Positions 46,605-57,893 of a stretch of 64,000 nt of DNA are shown piece by piece. The position numbers and the translations under genes are program-made. The number at the start of each line of letters is the position of its first letter. The first letter of the stretch is position 1. Under the pieces are notes generated by a model that was not told the DNA's origin, searched no databases, and saw nothing but the letters and a program-made list of their open reading frames with translations. The DNA is taken from assembly GCA_044229975.1 (NCBI GenBank), contig JBGARZ010000010.1, positions 224,001 through 288,000 of the forward strand, in the 5' to 3' direction. Origin of the DNA: Polyangiales bacterium. GTDB taxonomy: Bacteria; Myxococcota_A; Polyangia; Polyangiales; Ga0077539.

Positions 46605-47861
46605 TCACTGGAGGACGAAGTGTCGACCGCGACGTTCGAAGGCGAGCGCGTCGCCGGCGAGCAGCGCCGTGAGCGCGTCGGTCTGCACCTCGCCCCCCGC
46701 CCCGCCGCCGAGCGCGAGGGCCCGATCCAACGCCGGGCCGCGCGGCCACGCAGCCCGCGCCTCGCCGTCGCCGACCGCCACCGACCAGCGCTGCGACGGG
46801 AGGCTCCGCGCCAGCGACGCCGCGCACTGCAACGCGCGCACGGCCGCGTCGGCGTCCATCCGCGCGGCGGCCATCCACACCACGGTCGAGCCGTCGGCCA
46901 GCGTGCGGGCCCTCGCACCGCGCGGGAGCCGCGCCCCATCGACGCCGTGCGCCCCGTCGAGCTCGATGAGCTTCGGGGTCTCACCCTCCACACCGATCTC
47001 GCGGCACGGATGACCGACGATCACGGCGAGGAAGCCCGGCGCCTCGCCCGCTCCGAGGTCGAGCGCGGTGAGGAGGTCGCGCACCACCACGGCCGACGCG
47101 GGTCGATCCATCTCCCGCGGCGCGAGCATCGACCGCAGCAGCGCCGCGAGCTGCGCGTCGATGGCGCCGAGCTCGGGCGGTGCTCCCGCGAGCGTGCGCG
47201 CAAGAACGCCGGGCGTATCGGGCGCCGCGAAGGGCGCCGCGCCGGTGGCGCACTCGCAGAGGACACAGCCGAGGGAGAAGACGTCCCATCGCGGGTGCGC
47301 AGTCGGAGGCGCCGCGCGCAGTTGCTCCGGGGGGAGGTAGCCGGGCGTTCCGACGACGCCGCCCGCGGTGATGGCGCGGCGGTCACCGTCGCTCACGGTG
47401 AGGCCCAGGTCGACGAGGGCGACGCGCTCCACGCCGCGCTCACGGTCGAGGAGGATGTGCTCGGGCTTCAGGTCGCGGTGGACGAGGCCCGCGCCGTGGA
47501 GGGCCGCCAGTGGCTCACACACGGCGAGGCCCAGGGCGCGCACGGCCGCGGCAGCCATGGGACCGCGCAGCGCCGTACGCAGCGCAACGCCTTCCAGCAG
47601 GGTCATCGCGACGTAGGGGCGCCCGTCAGCCTCGCCGCTCGCCACCAGCGACGGGAGCCCCGGGTGCGTGACCCGTTGCAACGTCGCCACCTCGCGCGCG
47701 AGTCGCCGCGGGTCGGCCGTCTCCGCGTCCCAGATCTTCACGGCGACCCACCGCTGGTCGAGCCGATCCCAGGCGCGCCACACCGCGCCGTGAGCCCCGT
47801 CGCCGAGAGGGTCTTCCAGCGCGAAGCGGCCCGCGAGGAGGGTGCGTGCGAGGCCGCCCAC
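46605..47861 (-). CDS. Ser/Thr protein kinase with degenerate cyclase-like C-terminal region
   Basis: LGDGAHGAV, VAVK, HRDLKPEH, DLG, GTPGYLPPEQ and DVFSLG. Confidence 0.85.
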   Translation of the reverse strand: MGGLARTLLAGRFALEDPLGDGAHGAVWRAWDRLDQRWVAVKIWDAETADPRRLAREVATLQRVTHPGLPSLVASGEADGRPYVAMTLLEGVALRTALRGPMAAAAVRALGLAVCEPLAALHGAGLVHRDLKPEHILLDRERGVERVALVDLGLTVSDGDRRAITAGGVVGTPGYLPPEQLRAAPPTAHPRWDVFSLGCVLCECATGAAPFAAPDTPGVLARTLAGAPPELGAIDAQLAALLRSMLAPREMDRPASAVVVRDLLTALDLGAGEAPGFLAVIVGHPCREIGVEGETPKLIELDGAHGVDGARLPRGARARTLADGSTVVWMAAARMDADAAVRALQCAASLARSLPSQRWSVAVGDGEARAAWPRGPALDRALALGGGAGGEVQTDALTALLAGDALAFERRGRHFVLQ

Positions 47862-47862
47862 G

Positions 47863-49182
<1,320 letters not shown>

Positions 49183-49260
49183 CGGCGGGGTGTAGCTCTC
49201 TCCGACGGAGAGGTTGCTCGTCCGCGGCCCGCGCGCGCAAGTGTGATGGCCGCATTGAGG

Positions 49261-49468
49261 TTCGGAGTAGGCGGCATGGGCGGGCAGAAGCCGCAAGGGC
49301 GCGAGGGTCGCAAGGGTCGGAAATTCAGGAGCAGCAGAGACGAGCGCAATGCGCGCAAGGGCGTCGCCCTGAACGACTGCTGGCCTATCCATCGGCCCTC
49401 CTGAAACTCCGACCCTTGCGACCCTCGCGCCCTTGCGGCTTCTGCCCGCCCATGCCGCCTACTCCGAA
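49261..49468. repeat. Long intergenic inverted repeat (71-bp arms, 66-bp spacer), MITE/REP-like
   Basis: 49261-49331 is the reverse complement of 49398-49468 with 2 adjacent mismatches. Confidence 0.95.
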
Positions 49469-49578
49469 CGTCAGGCTGCGCAATCCGAGCAGCCGCCGAC
49501 CTGCGCGAGTTGTGAACTCCCTGCGCTGTCTGCGCAGCGGTGATGGAGTTCGGGCTATGGTGCTCGTCGCCCGCCGCG

Positions 49579-50571
49579 ATGAAGCCCGCCCACGCCGCCC
49601 TGCTGATCGCCGCGTCTGCGCTCGCTCCGCGTGCCGCGCTTGCCCAGGAGAGCGCACCACCGAGCGTCGCCGTGGAGGACGAGGAGTCGCTGCTGCGTGA
49701 GGGCGTCGAGCTGAGGCGGCAGGGGCGCGACGAGGCCGCGGTGGCGGTGCTCCGCCGGGCCTACGCGCTGCGGGCCTCGGCGCGAGCGAGCGGGCAGCTC
49801 GGGCTCGCGGAGCAGTCCATCGGGCGGTGGGCGCGGGCCGAGGCGCTGCTGCGGTCTGCCCTCGCCGCGGTCGACGACCCGTGGGTCACGCTCCGGCGCG
49901 CGACGCTCGAAGGCGCCCTCGCCGTGGCCGAGCAGCACCTCGCGACCGTCGAGGTCGTCGGTGGGAGTCCGGGCGCCGAGCTCTGGGTCGACGGCGAGCG
50001 GGCCGGCGCGCTGCCGGGCGATCGGGTGCTGCGCGTGGCTGCTGGCACTGTTCGCGTGGAGCATCGCGCGCCGGGTGGGGTCGTCACCGCGCGCGTTCTC
50101 GACGTCGTGCCGCGCGCGATCGAGCGCGTGTACTTCGCGGCCGACGCGGCCCCCGAGCGCCCCGTCCCCGCGGCGGTCGCCCCCGTGGTGGTCGCCCCCG
50201 CGGTGGTGATCCCGACGAGCGCGCGACGGGTGCACGCGCTCACCTGGGCGGGCGCGGCGACCGCCGGCGCATCGGCCATCGCGCTGACCGCGGTCTGGGC
50301 CGTCGGTGAGGGCGTCGCGGGCGACTACGACGCAGCGTGCACCGCGGCGGCGCGGCCCGATCGCGCGCAGTGTGCGGTGCGCCTCGTCGACGATCAGCGG
50401 CGCCTCGATACGCTGGGCGCGGTGACCGACGCGGGGTGGGTGCTGCTCGGCGCGGGCCTCGCAGCGACGGCCGTCGGGCTGGTGCTATCGGCGACGTCGA
50501 CGCACGGACATCCCCCGCGCGTGACCCTCGCGCCGATGCCCGCGGGCGCGGTGCTCGTGGCCACGTTCTGA
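49579..50571 (+). CDS. TPR + PEGA domain exported protein
   Basis: Signal peptide; GVELRRQGRD..A...LG.AEQ..GRW TPR; PEGA motif PGAE.WVDG...G.LP; C-terminal hydrophobic hairpin. Confidence 0.82.
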   Translation: MKPAHAALLIAASALAPRAALAQESAPPSVAVEDEESLLREGVELRRQGRDEAAVAVLRRAYALRASARASGQLGLAEQSIGRWARAEALLRSALAAVDDPWVTLRRATLEGALAVAEQHLATVEVVGGSPGAELWVDGERAGALPGDRVLRVAAGTVRVEHRAPGGVVTARVLDVVPRAIERVYFAADAAPERPVPAAVAPVVVAPAVVIPTSARRVHALTWAGAATAGASAIALTAVWAVGEGVAGDYDAACTAAARPDRAQCAVRLVDDQRRLDTLGAVTDAGWVLLGAGLAATAVGLVLSATSTHGHPPRVTLAPMPAGAVLVATF

Positions 50572-50584
50572 CGCACGGCCTCAC

Positions 50585-50600
50585 CGGCACAACCCGTGCT
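50585..50600 (+). promoter_or_regulatory. Candidate sigma54 -24/-12 promoter
   Basis: CGGCACAACCCGTGCT has GG-N10-GC spacing, upstream of the LCCL gene. Confidence 0.5.
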
Positions 50601-50651
50601 GAGCGTCGCACCCTCGGGCGCCGTCGCGCCCGCGACGGAGAAACGAGGACC

Positions 50652-51806
50652 ATGAAGCACAGCTACCTTCGGACCGGACATCTCGTGGCGTGGACCCTCG
50701 CGGCGATCACCGCGGGGTGCGAGCGCAACCAGCCGGCCCAGGCGCAGCCGACGCCACCGCCACCGCCGCCCGCCCCGGTGGCGCCCGCGGCGACGGTGAT
50801 CGGGTGGGACGCCAACGCCAACGCGCAGCGCGCGCAGATCGGCGCGACCTTCACCTACGCGTGCCCGCCCAACGGAACGCCGGGCACCGTGTGGGGCACC
50901 GACACGTACACCAGCGACTCGTCCATCTGCGGCGCCGCGGCGCACTCCGGGCGCATCACCCGCGCGGCGGGAGGCACGGTGCAGATCCAGATCGCGCCCG
51001 CGCTCCCGTCGTACGCGGGCACCGTGCGCGCGGGGGAGACCACGCGGCACTTCGGCAGCTACCCCGGGAGCTTCATCATCGTGGGCGGCGCGGCGCCCGG
51101 CCTCATCGCAGTGCCGGTGCCCCGCCTCAACGAAAACGGCATCAACATCGGCGGCGTGCAGATCGCCGTCGGCACCGGCGGGAGCGGGGCGTGGTCGACC
51201 AACGCCACGAGCCACCGCGGCCAGGCTGGTCAGAGCTTCACCCAGGAGTGCACGCCCGGCGGAACGCTCGGCAACGTCTGGGGCACCGACGTGTACACGG
51301 ACGACTCGTCGGTGTGCTCCGCGGCCGTGCACGCCGGGCGCATCACGCTCGCGCAGGGCGGCACGGTCACCGCCTTCGTCCACCCGGGCCGCGCGCGCTA
51401 CGTCGGCTCCGCGCGCAACGGCGTGACCTCCAGCAACTTCGCGACCTACCCGGGGAGCTTCGCGTTCAGCGCGGTGGTCGCGCCTGAGGTGGCCGCCCCG
51501 GCGGGCGTCACGGTGATCGGTTGGAGCGACAGCGCGACGCGGTTTCGCGCGCTCGCGGGGCAGCGGCAGGAGGTGTTCTGTCCGCCCGGTGGGACGGCCG
51601 CGACGGTGTGGGGTCGCGGGCCCTTCACCGACGACTCGAGCGTGTGCACCGCGGCGGTGTTCGCGGGGCGCATCACCCTGGAGCGCGGCGGCGTCGTGCG
51701 TCTCCGCCCGGGGCCGGGGCGCTCGCACTACGAGGGCGACACCCGCAACGGCATCACCACCCGCGACTACGCCGTCTTCCCCGGGTCCTTCGACATCGTG
51801 CGATGA
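50652..51806 (+). CDS. Lipoprotein with three LCCL domains
   Basis: GAGG RBS; lipobox TAGC; three copies of C.P.G....VWG...YT.DSS.C.AA...G.IT...GG...NG.T. Confidence 0.92.
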   Translation: MKHSYLRTGHLVAWTLAAITAGCERNQPAQAQPTPPPPPPAPVAPAATVIGWDANANAQRAQIGATFTYACPPNGTPGTVWGTDTYTSDSSICGAAAHSGRITRAAGGTVQIQIAPALPSYAGTVRAGETTRHFGSYPGSFIIVGGAAPGLIAVPVPRLNENGINIGGVQIAVGTGGSGAWSTNATSHRGQAGQSFTQECTPGGTLGNVWGTDVYTDDSSVCSAAVHAGRITLAQGGTVTAFVHPGRARYVGSARNGVTSSNFATYPGSFAFSAVVAPEVAAPAGVTVIGWSDSATRFRALAGQRQEVFCPPGGTAATVWGRGPFTDDSSVCTAAVFAGRITLERGGVVRLRPGPGRSHYEGDTRNGITTRDYAVFPGSFDIVR

Positions 51807-52708
51807 GCCGCGGCGGGGTCGACCTCGCGCGCGCGGGGTGGCCGGCGCGCCTCGGGCTCGTCGCCTCCCTCGCGGCCTCCCTCGCGGTGCTCGCGACGGG
51901 CGTGGGCGTCGAGCTGCGGTGCGACGCCGACCGCTGCCGCGTCGCCTCGGGCTCGCTGCTCTCGTCGCCGGTTGCCTTCACCTTCCGGCGCGACGAGGTC
52001 GCGGCGATTCGTGACGTCGGCAGCGTCACGCGCACCCGGCCGAACTCTCGCGTGGCGTGCTCGCTGCCGCTCGTCGTCGCGCCCGGCGGCACCGAGCGGG
52101 CCCTCTATCCCCGCGAGGTCTGCCCCCTCTACGCCACCGTCGACCTCGTCGCGCTGCGCCAGTGGGTCGCCGGGGTTCGTCCCGAGCTCGCCGCCTTCGA
52201 CTGGATCGTCGGCCTGCACCCCGGTGTCCTGCTGGGGTTGCTGCTCTCCGCCGCGTGGATCGCGGGGCTCCTCCTCGGGCGCGAGCGCATCGTCGTCGAC
52301 CCCGATGGCACCCTCACGGTCCGCCGCGGGGGCTTCGTCTCCCGCGCCCGCTACACGCTGCGCCCCGACGTGCTCGCCTGCTCGGTCGGCGTGAAGCTCC
52401 ACGCCGCCACCGACGCGCCCGTCGCCTCGCCCGTCCCGCTCCCCTCGGGTCACCTCTACGTCGAGACCCGCGACGGTCGGTGGCACCTGGTGACGGCCCA
52501 TCGCGCGACCGCCGAGCGGGTGTTCGCCGCCCTCGCCGCGCTCGGCCTCCCGCACCGGGTCTACGGGGACGGCGCCGTGACCCGCCGCGCGGCGGGCGTC
52601 CTCGGTCGCGGCCTCGCGGGCGCTGCCGTGTGGTCGACGCTCCTGGGCGCGCTTGTCGCCGTCGCGGTGCGCGCCCTCTTCGAGCAGGCGGTGCCGCCGC
52701 TGCCCTGA
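51803..52708 (+). CDS. Hypothetical membrane protein
   Basis: Three TM segments; ATGA overlap with the LCCL gene. Confidence 0.65.
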   Translation: MSRGGVDLARAGWPARLGLVASLAASLAVLATGVGVELRCDADRCRVASGSLLSSPVAFTFRRDEVAAIRDVGSVTRTRPNSRVACSLPLVVAPGGTERALYPREVCPLYATVDLVALRQWVAGVRPELAAFDWIVGLHPGVLLGLLLSAAWIAGLLLGRERIVVDPDGTLTVRRGGFVSRARYTLRPDVLACSVGVKLHAATDAPVASPVPLPSGHLYVETRDGRWHLVTAHRATAERVFAALAALGLPHRVYGDGAVTRRAAGVLGRGLAGAAVWSTLLGALVAVAVRALFEQAVPPLP

Positions 52709-52782
52709 CCTGCACCGCGCCGGCGGCCGCCATTGACACCGTTCCCTGCGGGGATTGATCGTCGGCCCATCCCGCCAACGCG

Positions 52783-54522
52783 ATGCGCGCCCGGACGCCC
52801 ACCAACGAGACCGAACGCCTCGCCGCCCTCCTGGGCTGCGCCATCCTCGACACGCCCCCGGAGCCGTCCTTCGACGACATCGCCCGGCTCGCGGGGCAGC
52901 TCTGCGACACGCCCGTCGCCCTGGTCTCCCTCGTCGCCGACGATCGCCAGTGGTTCAAGGCGCGCGTGGGCCTCGAGCTCGCGGAGACCTCGCGCGACGT
53001 GTCGTTCTGCGCGCACGCCATCCACTCGCCGGAGATGCTCGTGGTGCGCGACACCCGCGAGGACGAGCGCTTCGCCGACAACCCCTTCGTCACCGGCGAA
53101 GACAGCATCCGCTTCTACGCCGGCGTCCCCCTCGTCATCGAGCCCGACGTCGCCGTCGGAACCCTCTGCGTCATCGACTACGTCCCGCGCGACCTCACGC
53201 CCGTGCAGATCGACGCCCTCGCGGCGCTCGCGCGGCAGGTGTCCTCCGAGCTCAAGCTGCGTCGCACGCTCGCCAAGATGCGCCCGCAGGGTGTCCCCAC
53301 CGAAGCACCGGGCGGGCACCGCGCGGTCGAGGGGCGGGTCGTCGACGGGCGCTACCGCATCGAGCGGGTGCTCGGCGTGGGCGGCATGGGCATCGTCGTG
53401 GCGGCACACGACGAGACCCTCCACGAGCGGGTGGCGATCAAGTTCCTGGTGTCGGAGGCGAGGGGCGAGCCCGAGGCGCAGGAGCGCTTCGTGCGTGAAG
53501 CGAAGGCCGTGCTGAAGGTCGGCGGCGAGCACGTGGCGCGGGTGCTCGACGTGGGCAACCTGGGCAACGGCGCGCCCTACATCGTCATGGAGCACCTCGA
53601 CGGCGAAGACCTCGAACGCCGCCTCGAACGCTACGGCGCGCTCACCGCGCAGGAGGCCATCGCCTACGTGCTCCAGGCGTGCACCGCCGTCGGCCGCGCG
53701 CACGAGGTCGGCATCGTCCACCGCGACCTGAAGCCCGCCAACCTCTTCCTCACCGAGCGCGCCGACGGCAGCGCCCTCATCAAGGTGCTCGACTTCGGCG
53801 TGTCGAAATTCTCGCGCTCCTCGGCGCTGGTCGAGGACATCAGCCTCACGCAGGGCACGGCGCTGCTCGGGTCGCCTTGTTACATGTCGCCCGAGCAGAT
53901 GCGCGGCGTCGGCAGCATCGACGGGCGGGCCGACGTCTGGGCCTTCGGGGTGATTTTGTATGAGCTGGTCACCTGCACGCTGCCCTTCGAGGGGCGCACG
54001 TTCATCGACCTCTGCAACGCCGTGCTCTCCGCCGCGCCGCGCCCCATCCGCTCGCGCCGCGCGACCATCCCGCAGGGCCTCGACGCCGTCATCGAGCGCT
54101 GCCTCGCGAAAGACCGCGCCGCCCGCTACCCCTCCATCGACGCCCTCGTCGTCGCGCTGACGCCCCTCGTCGACCCCTCCGCGCCCGTCGAACCCTTGTC
54201 GCTCGAACCCACGCCGCCCGATCCCGTCCGCTTCGCCGTGGTCACCGACGAGGCCGCCGCGCCCGCGTTGCTCCCACCGTCTCCCATCTCGCTCCCCGTC
54301 GTCGCTGACGAGGCCGACGCGGACGAGGTCCTCCCGCCCGATCCCATGGCCCCCGCCGTGGCGTCGGAGGAGTCCGACGTCGCCGCGTCGCTCCCGCCGC
54401 TGCCGCTGGTGAGCTCGCCGCGTCAGCCGCTCTGGCACACGTGGTTCGCGGCGCTGGCGCTGCTGGCGCTGCTCGTCACCGTGGTGCTCATCATGGCGGG
54501 CACCGTACGCGTCGGACGCTAG
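52783..54522 (+). CDS. GAF-domain Ser/Thr protein kinase with C-terminal TM
   Basis: GAF motifs E.ERLAAL...ILDT.PE..FD..SFCAHAI...IRFYAGVPL...GTLCVID; kinase motifs GVGGMG, VAIK, HRDLKPAN, DFG and YMSPEQ. Confidence 0.93.
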   Translation: MRARTPTNETERLAALLGCAILDTPPEPSFDDIARLAGQLCDTPVALVSLVADDRQWFKARVGLELAETSRDVSFCAHAIHSPEMLVVRDTREDERFADNPFVTGEDSIRFYAGVPLVIEPDVAVGTLCVIDYVPRDLTPVQIDALAALARQVSSELKLRRTLAKMRPQGVPTEAPGGHRAVEGRVVDGRYRIERVLGVGGMGIVVAAHDETLHERVAIKFLVSEARGEPEAQERFVREAKAVLKVGGEHVARVLDVGNLGNGAPYIVMEHLDGEDLERRLERYGALTAQEAIAYVLQACTAVGRAHEVGIVHRDLKPANLFLTERADGSALIKVLDFGVSKFSRSSALVEDISLTQGTALLGSPCYMSPEQMRGVGSIDGRADVWAFGVILYELVTCTLPFEGRTFIDLCNAVLSAAPRPIRSRRATIPQGLDAVIERCLAKDRAARYPSIDALVVALTPLVDPSAPVEPLSLEPTPPDPVRFAVVTDEAAAPALLPPSPISLPVVADEADADEVLPPDPMAPAVASEESDVAASLPPLPLVSSPRQPLWHTWFAALALLALLVTVVLIMAGTVRVGR

Positions 54523-54555
54523 TCCTCGCGGGCCGCGTGCCCTATGAGAGTCGCG

Positions 54556-57285
54556 ATGAGCGACCCCTTCGACTCCTTGCGACGCGACGTGGACTACCTC
54601 GGGCACATCCTCGGCGACACGCTCGTCGAGCAGGCGGGCCCCGCGCTTCTCACCGTCGTCGAAGAGGTGCGCGCGCTCGCCAAGGCCCGCCGCGCGTCGC
54701 CCCGTCGCGAGGCCGCGGCGCCCCTGCGCGAGAAGATCGCCGCCCTCGACCTGCCCGCCGCCGAGCGCGTGGTGCGCGCCTTCGCCCACTACTTCCAGCT
54801 CGTCAACCTCGCCGAGCAGCACCACCGCGTGCGCCGCCGTCGGCAGTACGCCCGCGCCGGTGAGCCGCAGCCCGGCTCCCTCGTCGAGACGCTCCGCGGG
54901 TCCCGCGCGTCGACCCCGCAGCCCGCGATGGAGGCGCTGCTCGCGCGCGCGTCGCTGGAGCTCGTCTTCACCGCGCACCCCACCGAGGCCCAGCGCCGGA
55001 CGGTGCTGGAGAAGCACCGGCGCATCGACGCCGCGCTCGCGCAGCGCGACCTCACCGATCGGCTCACCGCCCGCGAGGCGCAGGAGGTCGACGAGGCCAT
55101 CCGCGAGGAGGTCACCGGCCTGTGGCAGACCGACGAGATCCGCCACGAGCGCCCCCGCGTCGGCGACGAGGTGAAGAACACCCTCTTCTACCTCGAAGAA
55201 GTCCTGCACCCGCTCGTCCCACGCTTCTACTCCGCGCTGGAGGAGAGCCTCGCGGCGGAGTACGGAGCGCCCCTGCGCGTCCCGCCCTTCGTCCGCTTCG
55301 GATCGTGGGTGGGCGCCGACATGGACGGCAACCCCAACGTCACGCCCGACGTCGTCGTCGATACGGCGCTCGGTCAGGGCGCTCGTGTCCTCGCCCTGCA
55401 CGCTCGCGAGATCACCCGCCTCGGCGAGACCCTCTCGCAGAGCACCCGCGCGGTGCCCGCGTCGCCCGAGCTCGACGCCTCCATCGCCGCCGACGAACAC
55501 CGCCTCCCCGCGCTCGCCCGCGAGCTTCGTGCCCGCGCCACCCACGAGCCCTACCGCCGCAAGCTCGCCTTCATGGGCGCTCGCATCGACGCCACCCGCG
55601 ACACGCTCCTGCGCGCCCGCCGCGAGGGCCGGACGATGTCCGCGCCCGACTGGGACATCGGGTACGCGAGCCCCGACGAGCTCGCCGCCGACCTCGCGGT
55701 GATCGCACGCTCTCTCGCCGACAACCGCGGCCAGCGCGCCGGGATGCGACTGGTGCAGGGCGTTCGTCGCCAGGTGGAGGTGTTCGGGTTTCACCTCGCG
55801 CGGCTCGACGTGCGGGTGCCCGCCGCGTGGGTGCGCGAGGCCGCCCGCTCGGCGCTCTGGCTCGACGACGCCGCCGCGCTCGACGAGGCGCAACTCTCCC
55901 GCGCGCTCGACAGCAGGCGAGTGCCCGCTCGCCCCGACCTCGACGGGATGCGCGCGATGGAGGCCGTCGGTCGCGTCCGCGCGCTGGTGGGCGACGGGGG
56001 AGCGGGTTCGTTCATCATGAGCATGGCGCGGGGTCGCGACGACATGCTCGCGGCGCTGGTGCTCGCGCGCGTCGCGGGGCTCTACCGACCCGACGAGGGC
56101 GTCGCGGCGGTGTCGGTGGTTCCGCTCTTCGAGACGCTCGACGACCTCGATCGCTCCGCCGACGAGCTGCGCGCCGCGGTCACGCACCCGGCGTATGTGC
56201 GCTACCTCGCGCTGCGCGGCGGCGTGCAGGAGGTGATGATCGGCTACTCGGACTCCAACAAGGACGCCGGGATGCTCACCGCGTCGTTCGCGCTCTACCG
56301 CGCGCAGCAACGACTGACGGCGGTGGCGCGCGAGCACGGCGTCGCGCTCCAGATCTTCCACGGGCGCGGCGGCTCCATCGGTCGCGGTGGTGGTCCCGCG
56401 CAGCGCGCGGTGGAGAGCCTGCCGGCCGGGGCCGTCGATGGGCGCTTCAAGCTCACCGAGCAGGGCGAGGTCATCGGGTGGAAGTACCTCCTGCCCGAGA
56501 TCGCCGAGCGCAACCTGGAGCTCATCACCGGCGGTGTGCTCCGCGCCTCCATGGTCTCGCATGACGATGACGCCGACGCGCTCGCCGCCGACGAACGCCG
56601 CTTCGGAGCCGTCGCCGACGCCGCGCTCGTCGCCTACCGCGAGCTGGTGCGCGACCCGGGGTTCATCCCCTTCTTCGAGTCGGTGACGCCGCTCTCCGAG
56701 CTCAGCGCGATGCCCATCGGGTCACGCCCCGCGCGCCGCACGACCTCGACGCGCCTGGAGGACCTCCGCGCGATCCCATGGGTGTTCGCGTGGACGCAGT
56801 GCCGGCTCAACCTCCCCGGCTGGTACGGCGCGGGCGCGGGGCTCGCGGCGCTCCTGCGCGAGACCGGCGTGGACGAGGCGCGTCGCATGCGGGCGCGGTG
56901 GCCCTTCTTCGCGTCGACGCTCGACGCGATCGCGGTGGCCCTCGCGACGGCCGACCTGGGCATCGCGTCGCAGTACCTGTCGCTGCATCCCGACCCCGCG
57001 GCGGCGCGTCGGTTGTTCGTCCGCATCGCCCTCGATCACGGCCGTGCGGTGCGGGCGATTCGCGCCATCTACGGGCAGGCGACGCTGCTCGCGCACAACC
57101 CGACGCTCGCGCGCTCCATCGAGCTGCGCAACCCGTACGTCGACCCGCTGAGCTTCCTCCAGGTGGAGCTGCTGCGGCGCAAGCGGGCGCTCGAAGCGCG
57201 CGGCGAGCCGGTGCCGGGCGACCTGACGCGGGCCATCTTGCTGACGATCAACGGCGTCGCGGCGGGTCTGCGCAACACTGGCTGA
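54556..57285 (+). CDS. ppc: Phosphoenolpyruvate carboxylase
   Basis: VFTAHPTE, SW.G.D.DGNPNVT, PLFET, QEVMIGYSDSNKDAG, FHGRGGSIGRGGGP, LRAIPWVFAWTQ and terminal GLRNTG. Confidence 0.98.
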   Translation: MSDPFDSLRRDVDYLGHILGDTLVEQAGPALLTVVEEVRALAKARRASPRREAAAPLREKIAALDLPAAERVVRAFAHYFQLVNLAEQHHRVRRRRQYARAGEPQPGSLVETLRGSRASTPQPAMEALLARASLELVFTAHPTEAQRRTVLEKHRRIDAALAQRDLTDRLTAREAQEVDEAIREEVTGLWQTDEIRHERPRVGDEVKNTLFYLEEVLHPLVPRFYSALEESLAAEYGAPLRVPPFVRFGSWVGADMDGNPNVTPDVVVDTALGQGARVLALHAREITRLGETLSQSTRAVPASPELDASIAADEHRLPALARELRARATHEPYRRKLAFMGARIDATRDTLLRARREGRTMSAPDWDIGYASPDELAADLAVIARSLADNRGQRAGMRLVQGVRRQVEVFGFHLARLDVRVPAAWVREAARSALWLDDAAALDEAQLSRALDSRRVPARPDLDGMRAMEAVGRVRALVGDGGAGSFIMSMARGRDDMLAALVLARVAGLYRPDEGVAAVSVVPLFETLDDLDRSADELRAAVTHPAYVRYLALRGGVQEVMIGYSDSNKDAGMLTASFALYRAQQRLTAVAREHGVALQIFHGRGGSIGRGGGPAQRAVESLPAGAVDGRFKLTEQGEVIGWKYLLPEIAERNLELITGGVLRASMVSHDDDADALAADERRFGAVADAALVAYRELVRDPGFIPFFESVTPLSELSAMPIGSRPARRTTSTRLEDLRAIPWVFAWTQCRLNLPGWYGAGAGLAALLRETGVDEARRMRARWPFFASTLDAIAVALATADLGIASQYLSLHPDPAAARRLFVRIALDHGRAVRAIRAIYGQATLLAHNPTLARSIELRNPYVDPLSFLQVELLRRKRALEARGEPVPGDLTRAILLTINGVAAGLRNTG

Positions 57286-57288
57286 GCC

Positions 57289-57819
57289 TCACCGCCGCCG
57301 CCCGAGCGCCACCTGCGAGAAGAACTGCCCGCGCCCTTCACAGTCGTCACCGAGTCGGTCGAAGCGCAGCGTGGTGCAGTCGGTGGTGAAGTTGATGGTG
57401 TACTGGCCGCGGTCGATCATCGCGCAGCCGGAGCTTGAGCTGGTGTTGGGGTTCCTCTCATCGGTCAGGACGAGGTTGCTGCCGGTGAGGGCGTAGTTCC
57501 CTTCGACGATGGGCGTGGTGAGCCCCTCCTCGGTCTGCGAGCCGCGCCAGAGGCCGCCCGCCGTGAACTCGAACCACAGCGCGTTGCTCTCGATGCTGCC
57601 GGTGTACCGACCGACGAGGGGACAGGTCGTCGGCATGGTGCTCGGGACGTCGGGCGTTGTCATGGGTCGATCGGGCAGGCTGACAGGGACGTCGGTCGTA
57701 ACGGAGGCATCGACGGGTTGGCCGACGACGGCCGTAGCGCCGCAGCCGACCGTGCCGAGGACGCCCAGGGTGACGCAAAGGAGATACGAAGAAAGCACGG
57801 TGCGAGGGTGGGTCGTCAT
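57289..57819 (-). CDS. Hypothetical lipoprotein
   Basis: Lipobox TVGC; Asp-periodic linker; small beta domain with Cys pairs. Confidence 0.7.
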   Translation of the reverse strand: MTTHPRTVLSSYLLCVTLGVLGTVGCGATAVVGQPVDASVTTDVPVSLPDRPMTTPDVPSTMPTTCPLVGRYTGSIESNALWFEFTAGGLWRGSQTEEGLTTPIVEGNYALTGSNLVLTDERNPNTSSSSGCAMIDRGQYTINFTTDCTTLRFDRLGDDCEGRGQFFSQVALGRRR

Positions 57820-57833
57820 GGTGCGGCGCACGG

Positions 57834-57881
57834 TGCCAGCGGTGTGCCGAGGAGGCCAGTCGCCGCGGCACGCTGCGTGCG
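57834..57881. promoter_or_regulatory. Back-to-back divergent candidate sigma54 promoters
   Basis: Minus strand CGGCACACCGCTGGCA (57849-57834) and plus strand CGGCACGCTGCGTGCG (57866-57881). Both have GG-N10-GC spacing and sit 12-14 bp from a start codon. Confidence 0.5.
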
Positions 57882-57893
57882 ACGCTCGCGCCC

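Noticed and set aside
52561..56562. Very long alternative-frame ORFs (e.g. 52561-56562 -, 58956-62969 +, 10468-13098 -, 22624-24879 -)
   Set aside because: Shadow ORFs of real genes; high GC suppresses stops and the translations are Arg/Gly/Ala-rich without motifs.
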